A DNA stretch of 64,000 nt, taken from contig CAWKHF010000008.1 in the NCBI GenBank assembly GCA_963849325.1, positions 128,001-192,000 on the forward strand. Direction: 5' to 3'. Position 1 is the first letter of the stretch, and each line of letters begins with the position of its first letter. This document shows, piece after piece, positions 1 through 10,690 of the stretch. The position numbers were made by a program, and so were the translations under genes. The DNA is from an uncultured Planctomycetota bacterium. Its GTDB lineage: Bacteria > Planctomycetota > Planctomycetia > Gemmatales > Gemmataceae. The notes under the pieces were generated by a model. It saw nothing but the letters and a program-made list of their open reading frames with translations. It did not search any database and was not told the origin of the DNA.

Positions 1-361
1 GACCGCCCCGGCTGAGAGCAAGGCCGGGGCAATTGTCAGGATCTGAATCTTGCTCTGGAGCACCTCATCGAGAGCGAGCCGGAAGAGGCTCAGCTTCTGG
101 ACCTCGGCTGGGTTGGTCCGCAGGCGATTGCCGATTCCCTGCACCGGCCACTTCAGGAGTTTCATCGCCTCGATGGTCATCATCCGGTGAGCCAGTTCAC
201 TGAGTACATGCGTCGAGGTGAAGCCGAGGAGTCGTCCCTGCTCAATGCTCCGCACCAACTGCGCAAGCCGCTCCCAAGAGAGGGTGCGGCTGGAAGTAGT
301 AAGTCAGCGTGTTGGCATCAATGAACACCGAGGTTCCAGCCGGGAGGTCATCAAAGGTCAT
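1..361 (-). CDS. PIN-domain (VapC-like) toxin; runs off window start; apparent frameshift near 255
   Basis: N-terminus MTFDDLPAGTSVFIDAN (PIN first-strand Asp). Continues in another frame as GFTSTHVLSELAHRMM. Start overlaps the antitoxin stop (ATGA). Confidence 0.8.
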
Positions 362-579
362 GGCTCCTCCGAGGGTGGCGGGTAGTCCAACTCGGGATCC
401 ATCGCGCAGAAGTCGGCCAACTCCACACTCCCGTTCCACCCCAGGATGCCGTAGGCTCGAAGAAGCGGCGTCTCTCCCTGCTGGAGATGGAGGCGTACCC
501 GCTCCTGCTCCTTCAGCGGTAGCGGCTCGACCGGCTTGAGGACGCCGTTCTCGTAAATCGCTTCAAACGTCAAAGACAT
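358..579 (-). CDS. AF2212/DUF104-family antitoxin
   Basis: MSLTFEAIYENGVLKPVEPLPLKEQERVRL signature; directly upstream of the PIN gene. Confidence 0.85.
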   Translation of the reverse strand: MSLTFEAIYENGVLKPVEPLPLKEQERVRLHLQQGETPLLRAYGILGWNGSVELADFCAMDPELDYPPPSEEP

Positions 580-624
580 GGCGGACCTTCCCTTGGTAAG
601 AAGACCAATGAGTACGCCGCTATT

Positions 625-1255
625 TTACCCGATCACTTCCTCCGTCGCCGCGCCGTGTTGCTCCAGCAACCCGCGATACCACGTCTCCGCCTGTGCCGCT
701 TGTCCGGATAGCGCCTTCGTGCCCCAGATCAGCGACAGCGTGCGCCGCGTGTCAGCTCGTCGTTTTGGTGCGCTGAGCATCCTTGACGGCGTTGGCGCAC
801 GGCCCGTCCGCGTCGAACAGGCACAGCAGGCCGCCCAGGTCAATCGTTTGCCCCGAGGCGTTGAAGACGTAGGACGCCCCGGCCGGAGCCACGCCGACAC
901 GCAGCGGCTCACGGGTTTGGTCCAGATCGACCACGCTGATCGGCAAACCGCTGTGCAGCGACACGATGTTGCAGGCATCCACGGCCAGGTTGATCGATGA
1001 CAGCACCTTGTCACTCGCGGCCCGGAGCAGGTACTCCGAGGCCGGCTTGCTGCGTCCGGTCGGCTTGAAACCGCCGTGACGCAGCAAGGCCCGCACGGCT
1101 TCGCGCACGCCGTCGTCGCTGTGCAACGGCGCCTCGGCATCGAGGACCAGCAGCGCCCGCAGCTCCGGCGGCGACGGCATTTCGCCCAGCGGACGCGGGA
1201 ACGTCGTCACGAAGGCTCGGAGGTCCAGCAGGGGATGCGCGTCGAGGGTGAGCAT
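625..1255 (-). CDS. B3/B4 domain (PheRS beta-related) tRNA-editing-like protein; frameshift near 760
   Basis: GGFKPTGRSKPASEYLLRA, INLAVDACNIVS, GLPISVVDLD and DADGPCANAVKD motifs; C-terminus lies in the 625..1140 frame. Confidence 0.75.
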
Positions 1256-1262
1256 GAGGTTG

Positions 1263-2525
1263 TTACTTGGTGGAGTCCGTGCCGATGCAGTACAGGTTGT
1301 GCAGAGCGCGGATGAAGATTTGGCCGTGCGCGATCGCCGGCGAGGCGTAGCATTCCTCGTCGAGCTTGTTTTTGTACAACACCTCGAACTTGGCATTGGC
1401 CTTGAGAATGTACGTGATGCCGTCGTCGTCGAGGAAATACAGATGATTGTCCGCCAGGACCGGCGAGGCGCTGACGTGACGGGCCAATTTCTCCTTCCAC
1501 AGTCGTTCGCCTGATTGGGTTTCGAGGCAACTGAGATAGCCCGTATCCGAGACGACATAAAAGTGTCCGTTGGCGGCGATGGGCGAGGGCACATAGGAGG
1601 CGCCGTCGCGGCGGTTGACCTTGTGGGGGATGTGCCAGCGGATGTAATTGCTCTTGGTGATGTTGCCGCTGCCTTCGGGGCTGATGCCCATTAAATGATA
1701 TTCGGGGAAGCCGGTCGTCAGGAACAACACGTCATCGAGGTAAACGAGGCTGGCGACGTACTGCTCGGTTGGGCCGTCGATGATCCACAGCCGTTCGCCG
1801 GTGTCGGCGTCGTAGCCGGTGACGCACTTGCTGCCGCTGAGCACCAACTGCGTCACTTCCGGCCTGTTCCGGGCGTGGATCAGGATGGGCGTGCAGTACG
1901 AGCGCGTACGGTTGGGACGATCGACGCGCCAGCGCTCGGCGCCGGTCTTCTTGTCCAGGGCGACGAGGTACGCCTTGGCGTCCTGATCGCCGTTGAGGAT
2001 GACGAGGTCCTTGTGCAAGATGGGCGAGCTGCAAAAACCGTGGACCGACAGCAGTTTGCCGGGCGAGCGCGTCCACACCTGTTTGCCGTCGAAGTCGTAG
2101 CAGGCGACCTGCATGTCGGGGTAGGCGAGGAAGGCGACCCAGACGTGTTGGCCGTCGGTGGCGGGCGTGGAGCTGGCGAAGCTGTTGAGCGGATGCTTCT
2201 TTTCGAGCTTGGCCGTCAGGACCACCTGCTGCCAGAGGATTTTGCCGTCGCGGCGGTCCAGACACATCAGCACGCGCTCGCCCTTGCCTTCCAGACAGGT
2301 TGTGACGAAGACGCGATCGCCCCAGACAACGGGAGAGGAATGACCCTTGCCGGGAATGGGCGTTTTCCAGCGGACGTTGTCCGTCGCACTCCAGGTTCGG
2401 GGGATTCCCTTCTCGCTGGATGTGCCGTCGCCGCGCGGACCGCGCCAGACGGGCCATTCCTCGGCGCGGACGACGCCGGCGAGAAGAGAGAGGATGCAAG
2501 TCAACGCGAGGGTCGGCAGTCTCAT
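1263..2525 (-). CDS. Exported PQQ-like beta-propeller (BamB-like) protein
   Basis: Signal peptide; EEWPVWRGPRGDG, GHSSPVVWGDRVF and ASPAIAHGQIFIR repeats; intact 420 aa. Confidence 0.9.
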   Translation of the reverse strand: MRLPTLALTCILSLLAGVVRAEEWPVWRGPRGDGTSSEKGIPRTWSATDNVRWKTPIPGKGHSSPVVWGDRVFVTTCLEGKGERVLMCLDRRDGKILWQQVVLTAKLEKKHPLNSFASSTPATDGQHVWVAFLAYPDMQVACYDFDGKQVWTRSPGKLLSVHGFCSSPILHKDLVILNGDQDAKAYLVALDKKTGAERWRVDRPNRTRSYCTPILIHARNRPEVTQLVLSGSKCVTGYDADTGERLWIIDGPTEQYVASLVYLDDVLFLTTGFPEYHLMGISPEGSGNITKSNYIRWHIPHKVNRRDGASYVPSPIAANGHFYVVSDTGYLSCLETQSGERLWKEKLARHVSASPVLADNHLYFLDDDGITYILKANAKFEVLYKNKLDEECYASPAIAHGQIFIRALHNLYCIGTDSTK

Positions 2526-2604
2526 TCAGGTGTACTCCTGCGAGGTATCCCACAAGGCGGGGCCGCTTGCGGCTTAGCGCCAGGAACGCCAGGCCGCGAG
2601 CGGC

Positions 2605-3546
2605 TCATTCCAGGGCGTGTACGTATCCCAGCGGCGGCAAGGGACGGCGCTGTCCGTCTTCTTCCAACCACAGCCCTTCCTCCGCGACGCATTCGCCGAT
2701 GGCGGCCAATCCGGAGACCGGCGGCGCGCGAAGCAGGGATTGGGCGTCATCGGGCGAGACGGCGAAGACCAGCTCGAAGTCTTCGCCGTCGGCCAGGGCG
2801 TGCTCCAGGGGCGAACGACCGTCGGCCATCGCGCGAGCGGCGTCGGCGATGGGAAGAGCGTCGGCGCGGAGGACGGCGCCGCAGCCGCTCTCGGCGCACA
2901 GGTGGGCGACGTCGGCGGCCAGGCCGTCGCTGACGTCGATCATGGCGTGCAGGGCGACGACGGCGTGCAGGGCCAGCGCTTCGCGGATGCGCGGCGTGAA
3001 GTCCAGGTGCTTGCCCCGCAGACTGCCGCCCAGCGGTCCCGTCACGAACAGCCGGTCGCCGGGACGAGCGCCGCGGCGGCGGACGGCGCCGCGCGGCGTC
3101 GCCTCGCCCAGCAGCGTGACGTTGAGGACCAGCGGGCCGTCCCAGCTGTTCGTATCGCCGCCGACGATGGCCGTGTCGAAGGCGTCGGCCATCTCGCGCA
3201 GACCGAGGTAAAGTTCCTCGGCCAGCGCTCGGCCGCCCCGACGCGGCAGACCGACGCTGACAACGGCGGCGATCGGCACGCCGGCCATGGCGGCGATGTC
3301 GCTGAGGTTGACCGCCATCGCCTTGCGGCCAATCTGCCGGGCCGTGCCCGCCCCTGGCGCTCCGGGGTGGGTCTCGGCCAGGCGGAAACAGCTGCCCTCC
3401 AGGAGCATATCCGTTGTCACCAGGCAGTTCGAGCCATTCGGCCAGCGTAGGATGGCCGTATCGTCGCCCGGTCCCAGCAGCACGCGCTCCGCCGTCGGCG
3501 TTCGCCGCCGCAGCCAATCGATGAAGGCAAACTCACCGCTCGTCAC
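2605..3546 (-). CDS. thiL: Thiamine-monophosphate kinase
   Basis: GEFAFI, GPGDDTA, AVNLSDIAAM, GGDTN, MIDVSDGL and GEDFEL motifs. Confidence 0.95.
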   Translation of the reverse strand: MTSGEFAFIDWLRRRTPTAERVLLGPGDDTAILRWPNGSNCLVTTDMLLEGSCFRLAETHPGAPGAGTARQIGRKAMAVNLSDIAAMAGVPIAAVVSVGLPRRGGRALAEELYLGLREMADAFDTAIVGGDTNSWDGPLVLNVTLLGEATPRGAVRRRGARPGDRLFVTGPLGGSLRGKHLDFTPRIREALALHAVVALHAMIDVSDGLAADVAHLCAESGCGAVLRADALPIADAARAMADGRSPLEHALADGEDFELVFAVSPDDAQSLLRAPPVSGLAAIGECVAEEGLWLEEDGQRRPLPPLGYVHALE

Positions 3547-3756
3547 GGTATGCGTCTCGACTGCCGCGCCGCTTGCGGGTTCGCGCCAAATTATCAGCGG
3601 CGCAGGCTATTTCTCAGGCTACTGACGCCGCGGCCGACACACCAGCGAAAATTATTGTAAAGTTGTCAATAGGCGCTCCGTCGCCGGCTTTCTCCCTTTC
3701 GCCACCAGAAGGCCGACGACGAAGTCCGGCTATTCGGTTGGGACGCGAGATCCTGC

Positions 3757-5619
3757 ATGACTGTCCTCACGGCCTTCCTCTCCCTCGGCGAGCCTTCCTT
3801 CCGCCCGCGTGTCTTCGGTGCCAGCCCGTTTCGCACCGATGGAGAGTTGCTCGCCCTCCGCTTCGCCCCGGATGGCAGTTTGTGGTCCGTCGAGGAGCCG
3901 GGCGTGCTGCGCCACTGGGACCTCCGCATGCGGCAGCAGATCGGCTGGCACGAACTGGCCGATCCGGCGGCGCTGTGGTGCTTCAGCGCCTCGGCCCATT
4001 ACGTCGCGGCCGGCAGCGACGAGCTGTCCGTCTGGGAGACGGCCACGGGCGAGGCGTGCGCCTGCTGGCCGCAGTCGTCGTGGGTGACGGCGCTGGCGTT
4101 TCAGCCGAATGGCCTGCTCCTGGCCAGTGGACACGATGACGGCGTTGTCCGGTTGTGGCACCATGCCGACAAGCGGCTGGCCTACGAGCTGCGGCCGCCG
4201 TTGTCGCCGTCCGGCTCCGCCGCCGGTTCGGCCATCAGCGCCCTGGCCTTCAGTCTCGACGGCCGACTGCTGGCCGTCGCCGACGAAGACCGGAGCATCT
4301 TCCTGTGGCAGGTGGCCGGCGGCGAACTGCGCGGTCGAATGTCCGGCCATACCGACCGCATTCCCGCCCTGGCCTGGCTGCCCGACGGCCGCCGACTCGT
4401 CTCGGCCGGCTGGGACACCACTGCCCGCTTGTGGTACGCGCCCACCGGCGAGCCGATCGTCCTGCTCAACAGCCATGCCGGCCAGGTCCAGGCGCTGGCC
4501 GTCACGCCGGATGGTCAACGCCTGGCCTGCGCCGACTCGGCCCACGCCATCCACATCTGGGACAGCAATCGTTATCGGACGTTGACGGTGCTGCGCGATC
4601 ACGTCAACGAGGTGCGCTGCCTGGCCTTCAGCCCGGATGGGCGCTGCCTGGCCTCGGGCGGCGTCGGCCGGTTCATCCACGTCTGGGACGCCCGCGACGG
4701 CGCCGAGGGGCAGGACACCGCCGATCCGCTGCTGGCGCGGACGTGTCTGGCCGTCAGCCCCGACGGCCGGCGTTTGGCCAGCCTGGGCACTGGCACTCCT
4801 CTGCGCGTCTGGGACACGGCGACGACGCAGCCGATCGTCGAGCTGGAGGACGCCCCAACGCTGCGGGCCTTCGCGGCCAGCCCGGACGGCCGCTGGTTCG
4901 CCGGCAGCCTGGCCGGGCCGGAGGCGCCTGAGGCCAACCGCGATACGCTCGCCCTGTGGCGGGCCGACGACGGCCGACGCGAAAAGCTCCTCGGAGGACA
5001 GGCCGAGCCGATCACCGTCCTCGCCTTCAGCCCGGACTCGGCGACCCTCGCCTCGGCCGGACTGCGCAGCAGCGACGTGTGGCTGTGGGACGTCGCCTCC
5101 GGCGAACCGCTGCTGATGCTGCCCGATGTCGTCGAAGGGTGCAGCGTCGAGGCGCTGGCGTTTCAGCCGAGCGGACGATTGCTGGCGATCGGCGGTATCG
5201 ACTGGCTGGCCGCGCGCGGCGCCGAGGGCCGCATCGTCCTGTGGGACCGCGATCAACGACAAACCGTCGCCATCCTGGCCGGTGGGACCGGCAGTCTGTC
5301 CTTCCATCCTTCCGGCCGCCGCCTGGCCGCGGCGACGCTGACGCAGAGCATCGCCATCTGGGACGTGGACGCCCGGCAACAGCGGCGGGAACTGACCGGC
5401 CATCTCGACGCCGTGACGTGCCTCGCCTACAGTCCCGATGGCCGTTGGCTGGCCTCCGGTAGCGACGATCGCACCGTGCGTCTGTGGGACGCGGACAGCG
5501 GTGCGCCGCGCGGCCTGATGGAGCTGGACACGCAGATCAAGGCGCTGGCCTTCGCGCCGGACGGTCAATCACTCTTCACCGGCAACGGCACAACCAGTTG
5601 TTATCAGCTCCGGGTTTAG
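3757..5619 (+). CDS. WD40-repeat protein
   Basis: Many GH...LAFSPDG..LASG..D.TVRLWD repeats; 620 aa. Confidence 0.92.
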   Translation: MTVLTAFLSLGEPSFRPRVFGASPFRTDGELLALRFAPDGSLWSVEEPGVLRHWDLRMRQQIGWHELADPAALWCFSASAHYVAAGSDELSVWETATGEACACWPQSSWVTALAFQPNGLLLASGHDDGVVRLWHHADKRLAYELRPPLSPSGSAAGSAISALAFSLDGRLLAVADEDRSIFLWQVAGGELRGRMSGHTDRIPALAWLPDGRRLVSAGWDTTARLWYAPTGEPIVLLNSHAGQVQALAVTPDGQRLACADSAHAIHIWDSNRYRTLTVLRDHVNEVRCLAFSPDGRCLASGGVGRFIHVWDARDGAEGQDTADPLLARTCLAVSPDGRRLASLGTGTPLRVWDTATTQPIVELEDAPTLRAFAASPDGRWFAGSLAGPEAPEANRDTLALWRADDGRREKLLGGQAEPITVLAFSPDSATLASAGLRSSDVWLWDVASGEPLLMLPDVVEGCSVEALAFQPSGRLLAIGGIDWLAARGAEGRIVLWDRDQRQTVAILAGGTGSLSFHPSGRRLAAATLTQSIAIWDVDARQQRRELTGHLDAVTCLAYSPDGRWLASGSDDRTVRLWDADSGAPRGLMELDTQIKALAFAPDGQSLFTGNGTTSCYQLRV

Positions 5620-5638
5620 TTAGGGTTTAGGGTATGGC

Positions 5639-5696
5639 CGAGCGGGGGCGTCAGCCGGCTGGTTGGCCTGCACCAGCCGGCTGACGCCCCCGCTCG
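5639..5696. repeat. REP-like palindrome, GAGCGGGGGCGTCAGCC family
   Basis: Inverted arms CGAGCGGGGGCGTCAGCCGGCTGGT / ACCAGCCGGCTGACGCCCCCGCTCG; related copy at 17388. Confidence 0.85.
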
Positions 5697-5719
5697 CCTC
5701 GAAACCCGAGACCCCAAGC

Positions 5720-7304
5720 ATGGCGGACCCTGTGACGCAGACCAGTCCTCCGCCGCCCGGCCGACTGCCCAGCGGCGAACTCGACCTGACCGGCCGAACC
5801 CTGGCCGACTTCCACGTCCTGCGCCATCTCGGCCAGGGCGGCATGGGCCAGGTTTACCTCGCCGAACAGGTCTCGCTGCAGCGCAAGGTCGCCCTGAAGA
5901 TCCTTCGGCCGGAGCTGGCGGCCGACCCCACCGCCCTGCAACGCTTCAAGGCCGAGGCCACCGCCATCGCCCAGGCCACCCACGCCAACATCGTCCAGGT
6001 CTACGCCATCGGCGAGACCGACGGTATGTCGTACATGGCCCTGGAATACGTCGAGGGCCGCAACCTGCGCGAATTCCTGCTCAAGAAGGGTCCGCCCGAC
6101 GTGCTGCTGGCGCTGAGCATTCTCCGCCAGGTGGCGTCGGCGTTGCAGCGGGCCAGCGAGCTGGGCATCATCCACCGCGACATCAAGCCGGAGAACATCC
6201 TGCTGACGCGCAAGGGCGAGGTCAAGGTCGCCGACTTCGGTCTGGTCCGCTGCCTGGCCGGCGATCGTCCGGCCCTCAACCTGACGCAGAGCGGCGTGAC
6301 GATGGGTACGCCGTTGTACATGAGCCCCGAGCAGGTCGAAGGCAAGTCGGTGGATTGCCGTACCGACATCTACTCGCTGGGCGTCACCTGTTATCACATG
6401 CTGGCCGGCCATCCGCCCTTCCAGGGCGATTCGCCGTTCGAGGTGGCCCTGCAACACGTTCGCACCGAGCCGAAGCCGTTGGCGGAAGTCCGCCCCGACC
6501 TGCCGCCGGACCTGGCCGTCCTCGTCCACAAGATGATGGCCAAGGATCCCGCCCAGCGTCACCAGACCGGCTGGGAACTGCTGCAAGACATCGTCCGTCT
6601 GCGCGAGGGGCTGAGCGGACAGACCGGGGCGGTGTCGTCGCTGCTGGAGTCGGCCGAGATGGGGACGGAGTCGCCAACCAGCAGGGCCGCGCCGACAGCC
6701 GTGACGCCGCTCCCCCGCCGCTGGAGGTGGCGCGGGCCGGTCTTCGTCGTCAGCGTGCTGCTGGCCGCCGCCGTCGGCGCCGGCATCGGCTGGTTCCGTC
6801 ATCGCCTGGCCTTCCCGTTGCACGGCACGGTCACTCCCGCGCCGGACGACGAGGGCAAGACGGTCCCGCCGGCGAAAAGCGAGGAGGCCACCCTGCGCTC
6901 CGTCATCGAGCCGTATTTGACGTTCCGGCCGCACCGACGCCGTGGAGACCCAGTTCGGCCTGGTGCTGTGCATGAAGCTGAGCGTGTTCTACCTGGAGCA
7001 CGATCGCCTCGACGACGCCCTGGACCTGTTCCAACGTCTGGAACATCATCGCATGATGATCTACCGCCTACTCGGTCGCATCGGGCGCGGCATGGTGCTG
7101 GCGCTGCAGAGCCGCAGCCAGGAATCGAACGAACTGTTCCGCGAAGTGTACGTCCACGGCCGCGACAAGTCCGGCAAACAGCGCCTCGACAATCTGTGGC
7201 GCGAAGAAAAATGGCGCTACTGGATGCGCAAGGCGCTGCATTACAATCGACAGAACGGCGTGAAACTGGAGGACATTCCCTCCGCGCTGCACAAGTTGAT
7301 GTGA
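5720..7304 (+). CDS. Membrane-anchored Hanks-type Ser/Thr kinase; frameshift near 6940
   Basis: LGQGGMGQVY, VALK, HRDIKPEN, DFG and GTPLYMSPE motifs; TM segment; TPR-like C-terminus in the 6942..7304 frame. Confidence 0.9.
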
Positions 7305-7310
7305 CCTCGA

Positions 7311-7357
7311 AAGCCGCTTGCGGCTTAGCGCGGAGAACGCTAAGCCGCAAGCGGCTT
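7311..7357. repeat. REP-like palindrome, GCCGCTTGCGGCTTAGCG family, between convergent genes
   Basis: AAGCCGCTTGCGGCTTAGCG...CGCTAAGCCGCAAGCGGCTT; other copy at 33300 and a half copy near 2562. Confidence 0.85.
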
Positions 7358-7363
7358 CTCTCC

Positions 7364-8323
7364 TTACGGTTCCTTCTTACGGGCCTTTTCGATCTGGGCA
7401 TCGGTGAGCGTCAGGCGGATGCTCACGTCGTTCTTGTCCGTCCTCAGCTTGAGGTTGTCGATCAGCTGCTTGACGAGGCGGGCGCTGGTGTCCTTGCCGG
7501 CGCCCAGGAAGGCGAGCAGGGGCATCAACTCGTCGAACTTGCCCTTGATCTGGGCGGCGGCCGTCGGATTGCTGGTGTGGACGACCAGCGATAACTGGGC
7601 GTCGTCGCTCAGCTCCAGGGCGCCCGTGATCGATTGCAGGGCGTCGGCGAAGTTCTTGGCCGTGTCGTCGGCCTTGAGCAGTTGCTTGAGCGGATCGGTG
7701 GCGACCATCGCCAACCAGGCGCTTTCGTCGCCCTTGAGATGGTCCAGCGCGGCTTGCATGTCCTTGTTGACGCGCTGGGCCGGCTGATCCGCCCGCTTCA
7801 CGGCGACGGCCGTGTCTTTCGCCGTTGCGGTCATCACCAGCGTGTCCTTGCCGGCGAAGGCGGCGAAGAACGACTTGTTGTCCGAGGTGATCTCCCACAT
7901 CGGCAGCTCGCCCTCCGTGAGGACCTTGAGCCGGCCGGGGTGCTTGCGCGCGTAGTCGGTGGCGGCGGCCCGCGCCTTGTCCGGGTCGAAGCGGCCACGG
8001 ACCACGGCCAGCAGCTTGCCCGTCGTGGCCGGGTTGCCCGATGTGCTGAGGCTGAGAGTGTCGATGTCCTTGAGCGGATCGAGTCCGGCAGCGGTCAAGA
8101 GCTGCCGCAGTTCGTCGTTGCGCCGCAGCAACAGTTGAAGCGGATCGAGGGCGTGTTTTTGCACCACCGGCGTCCGCAACATCTGGCGGACGTTGACCGC
8201 GACCACCACTTCGGCGTCGGCGGGCGTCAGTCGATCCGGTTCGGCTCGCGCCGCCGCCGGCGACGGCGCGGCCAGGCACGGAGCGAGCAGGCAGACAATC
8301 GCGATCATTCGCCGGGTTTTCAT
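7364..8323 (-). CDS. Exported hypothetical protein, paralog of 8346..9335
   Basis: Signal peptide; VNVRQML..PVVQKHAL, GLDPLKDID and VRGRFD shared with its neighbour. Confidence 0.8.
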   Translation of the reverse strand: MKTRRMIAIVCLLAPCLAAPSPAAARAEPDRLTPADAEVVVAVNVRQMLRTPVVQKHALDPLQLLLRRNDELRQLLTAAGLDPLKDIDTLSLSTSGNPATTGKLLAVVRGRFDPDKARAAATDYARKHPGRLKVLTEGELPMWEITSDNKSFFAAFAGKDTLVMTATAKDTAVAVKRADQPAQRVNKDMQAALDHLKGDESAWLAMVATDPLKQLLKADDTAKNFADALQSITGALELSDDAQLSLVVHTSNPTAAAQIKGKFDELMPLLAFLGAGKDTSARLVKQLIDNLKLRTDKNDVSIRLTLTDAQIEKARKKEP

Positions 8324-8345
8324 AAGAGATCGAGTCCTTTCGAGG

Positions 8346-9335
8346 TTACTTGCCCTTTTTCAGTGTTTCCTCAATGAGATCGCTGCTGATACGGCCCTTG
8401 ATGACGACGGCCTTGCCCTTGTTGCTGAGGCGCAGCCCCTTGGCGAACTCCAGGGCGAATTCCAGAGCGGGCTTGGCCTCCTTCTGGTTGCTGGTGATGG
8501 CGGCCAGACCGGCCAGGATCAGCTTGAGTCCGGCATCGGCCGAGTCGCGCAGGTCGCGGGCTTCGTTGACGTTCTTGGTCGTGACGATCAGCTCCAGCTT
8601 GATCTCGTCGCTGAGCGTCAGTCCGCCGCTGAGCGCCTGGATCTTGTCGATCATGTCCTTGACGTCGCCGGGCAGGTTGCCGAGGGCGTCCTTGACCGCG
8701 TCGGTCTTGATGGCCGCCACCGACAGGCTCTGGCTGTCGTTGGCCACTTCCAGGAGCGCCTGGAAGTCCTTGTTCTTCAGGACCGGCTTTTCGCTCTTGC
8801 CGGTCTTCTTGAGGGCATCGACCACGTAATCCTTGCCGGCGGAGGCCAGCAGCGTGTCCCGGTTGGGCAGGGCGACGAAAAACGGAGAATCCAGATCGGG
8901 CACGTTCACTTCGTAGAGCAGCTGTTTTCCGCCCATCAACTTGTGGATCTTGAGGACGTCGCCGTTGTCGCGCGCGACCTCCTCGGCCTTGGCCTTGAAC
9001 TTGGCCAGGTCGAACCGGCCATGCACGATGACGAGGCCGCGGTCCTTGTCGGTGCCGCCGGGCGTGGCGACCAGGATGCGGTCGAGGTCACGGAACGGAT
9101 CGAAGCCGAGATCCTTGAGCACGTCCTGGACCTGGTCGTTGCCGCGCAGCGCTTCCTGGGCCGCCTCCAGGGCGTGCTTCTTGATCAGGGGCGAATCGAG
9201 GATTTGGCGGACGTTGACCTGCAGGACGCTTTCGCTGTCCTCGGGCAGATAAGGATCGAGTTCGCCGGCGCGGCCGGGGACGGCCGTCAGCAGGACGGCG
9301 ACGAGGACGGCCAGGGACAAGCGGTGCGGAGTCAT
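8346..9335 (-). CDS. Exported hypothetical protein, paralog of 7364..8323
   Basis: Signal peptide; VNVRQIL..PLIKKHAL, GFDPFRDLD and VHGRFD. Confidence 0.8.
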   Translation of the reverse strand: MTPHRLSLAVLVAVLLTAVPGRAGELDPYLPEDSESVLQVNVRQILDSPLIKKHALEAAQEALRGNDQVQDVLKDLGFDPFRDLDRILVATPGGTDKDRGLVIVHGRFDLAKFKAKAEEVARDNGDVLKIHKLMGGKQLLYEVNVPDLDSPFFVALPNRDTLLASAGKDYVVDALKKTGKSEKPVLKNKDFQALLEVANDSQSLSVAAIKTDAVKDALGNLPGDVKDMIDKIQALSGGLTLSDEIKLELIVTTKNVNEARDLRDSADAGLKLILAGLAAITSNQKEAKPALEFALEFAKGLRLSNKGKAVVIKGRISSDLIEETLKKGK

Positions 9336-9433
9336 CGGCGTGGGTTCCTTTCGTGAGCTGCGGTCGTCACCGGACCACCGGGTCGAGCGCTACCGGATAA
9401 TACCTTGCGAATCGAAGGCGGTTTCATTAGCCG

Positions 9434-9493
9434 GTTTAGCCGCGACGCGCAGCGGAGCGCGCTGCCGCGCTCCGCTGCGCGTCGCGGCTAAAC
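9434..9493. repeat. REP-like palindrome, TTTAGCCGCGACGCGCAGCGGAGCG family (copy 1 of 6)
   Basis: Near-perfect inverted arms; other copies at 21938, 39589, 55013, 57217 and 59641. Confidence 0.9.
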
Positions 9494-9502
9494 GGAAGGC
9501 GC

Positions 9503-10687
9503 TTATCGGACATGGGCGATAAGGCACTTCAGATAATGCGATTCGAGGCAGGACACCGAAACCGGATGGTCCGGCGCCGGCCCGCGGCGCTGGAGGATCT
9601 GCACGGTGCGCTTGGCCTCGGCGGCCAGCTGCGCCAGCAAGTCCTCTAACATACCCATCGTAATCAGTCCGGAGCAACAGCAAGTCACCAGAATGCCGTG
9701 CGGTTCGAGCAGGCGCAGGGCCAGCGTCTGCAAGCGGCGATAGCCGCGCAGCGCTTCCTCGACGGCGTTCCGCGCCCGCGCGAACTTGGGCGGGTCGAGC
9801 ACGACCACGCCGAAACGCTCGCCGCGCGCGGCCAGGGCGTCCAGCTCGTCGAAGACATCGCCCTGCACGAACGTCAGGTTGTCCAGGCCGTTGAGGCGAG
9901 CGTTGTCGCGGGCCAGTTGCAGGGCCGGCTCGGATTGATCGATGCCGAGTACGGCGGTCGCTCCGGCGCGAGCGGCGTGCAGGCCGAAGCCGCCGCTGTA
10001 GCAGAAGGCGTCGAGCACGCGCCGGCCGCGCGCCAGCCGGGCCGCCGCCTGCCGATTGTCGCGCTGGTCGAGATAGAACCCCGTCTTCTGTCCCTCGGCC
10101 AGGTTGACCAGGAAGCGCACCCCTTCTTCCTCGATCTCGATCGGTCCCGGCGGCGCTTCGCCCCACACGAGTCCGTCGTGCGCTTCGAGTCCTTCGAGCT
10201 GGCCGATGCCGCGCTCGGTGCGCAGGTAGATGCCCGCCGGCCGCAGCAGCTCGGCCAGCAGCTCGACGAGCAGATCGCGTCGCTGGGCCAACCCCAGCGA
10301 CGTGAATTGCAGGGCCAGCCAGCGGTCGTAGCGGTCGATGGTGCAGCCGGACAGGCCGTCGCCCTCGCTGAAGACGAGCCGGCAGGCGCGGCCCGGCCCA
10401 TCGAGATCGAGCAGTCGGCGCAGGTGGACGGCGTCTTCCAGGCGCGTCCGGAAGAAGGCGCGATCGAGGAGCGTGTCGGCGTCCCAGGTGTAGAGGCGGA
10501 CGCGGATCTTGCTGCGGCTGTTGTACAGGCCGCGAGCCACGAAATTGCCGGTGTGCGAGACCAGCTCGACCACGTCGCCGTCGGCCGGCTCTCCCTCGAC
10601 CGCGGCGATGGCCCCGGCGTAGACCCACGGATGACGGCCGTAGAAGGGACGCGCTCGTCGGGGTTGCAAGATCACGCGCGCGGTCAT
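9503..10687 (-). CDS. rlmI: RlmI-family SAM-dependent rRNA m5C methyltransferase
   Basis: PUA-like HPWVY, SEGDGLSG, GQKTGFYLDQRDNR, VLDAFCYSGGF, LDPPKFA and DHP...YLK motifs. Confidence 0.85.
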   Translation of the reverse strand: MTARVILQPRRARPFYGRHPWVYAGAIAAVEGEPADGDVVELVSHTGNFVARGLYNSRSKIRVRLYTWDADTLLDRAFFRTRLEDAVHLRRLLDLDGPGRACRLVFSEGDGLSGCTIDRYDRWLALQFTSLGLAQRRDLLVELLAELLRPAGIYLRTERGIGQLEGLEAHDGLVWGEAPPGPIEIEEEGVRFLVNLAEGQKTGFYLDQRDNRQAAARLARGRRVLDAFCYSGGFGLHAARAGATAVLGIDQSEPALQLARDNARLNGLDNLTFVQGDVFDELDALAARGERFGVVVLDPPKFARARNAVEEALRGYRRLQTLALRLLEPHGILVTCCCSGLITMGMLEDLLAQLAAEAKRTVQILQRRGPAPDHPVSVSCLESHYLKCLIAHVR

Positions 10688-10690
10688 GTC

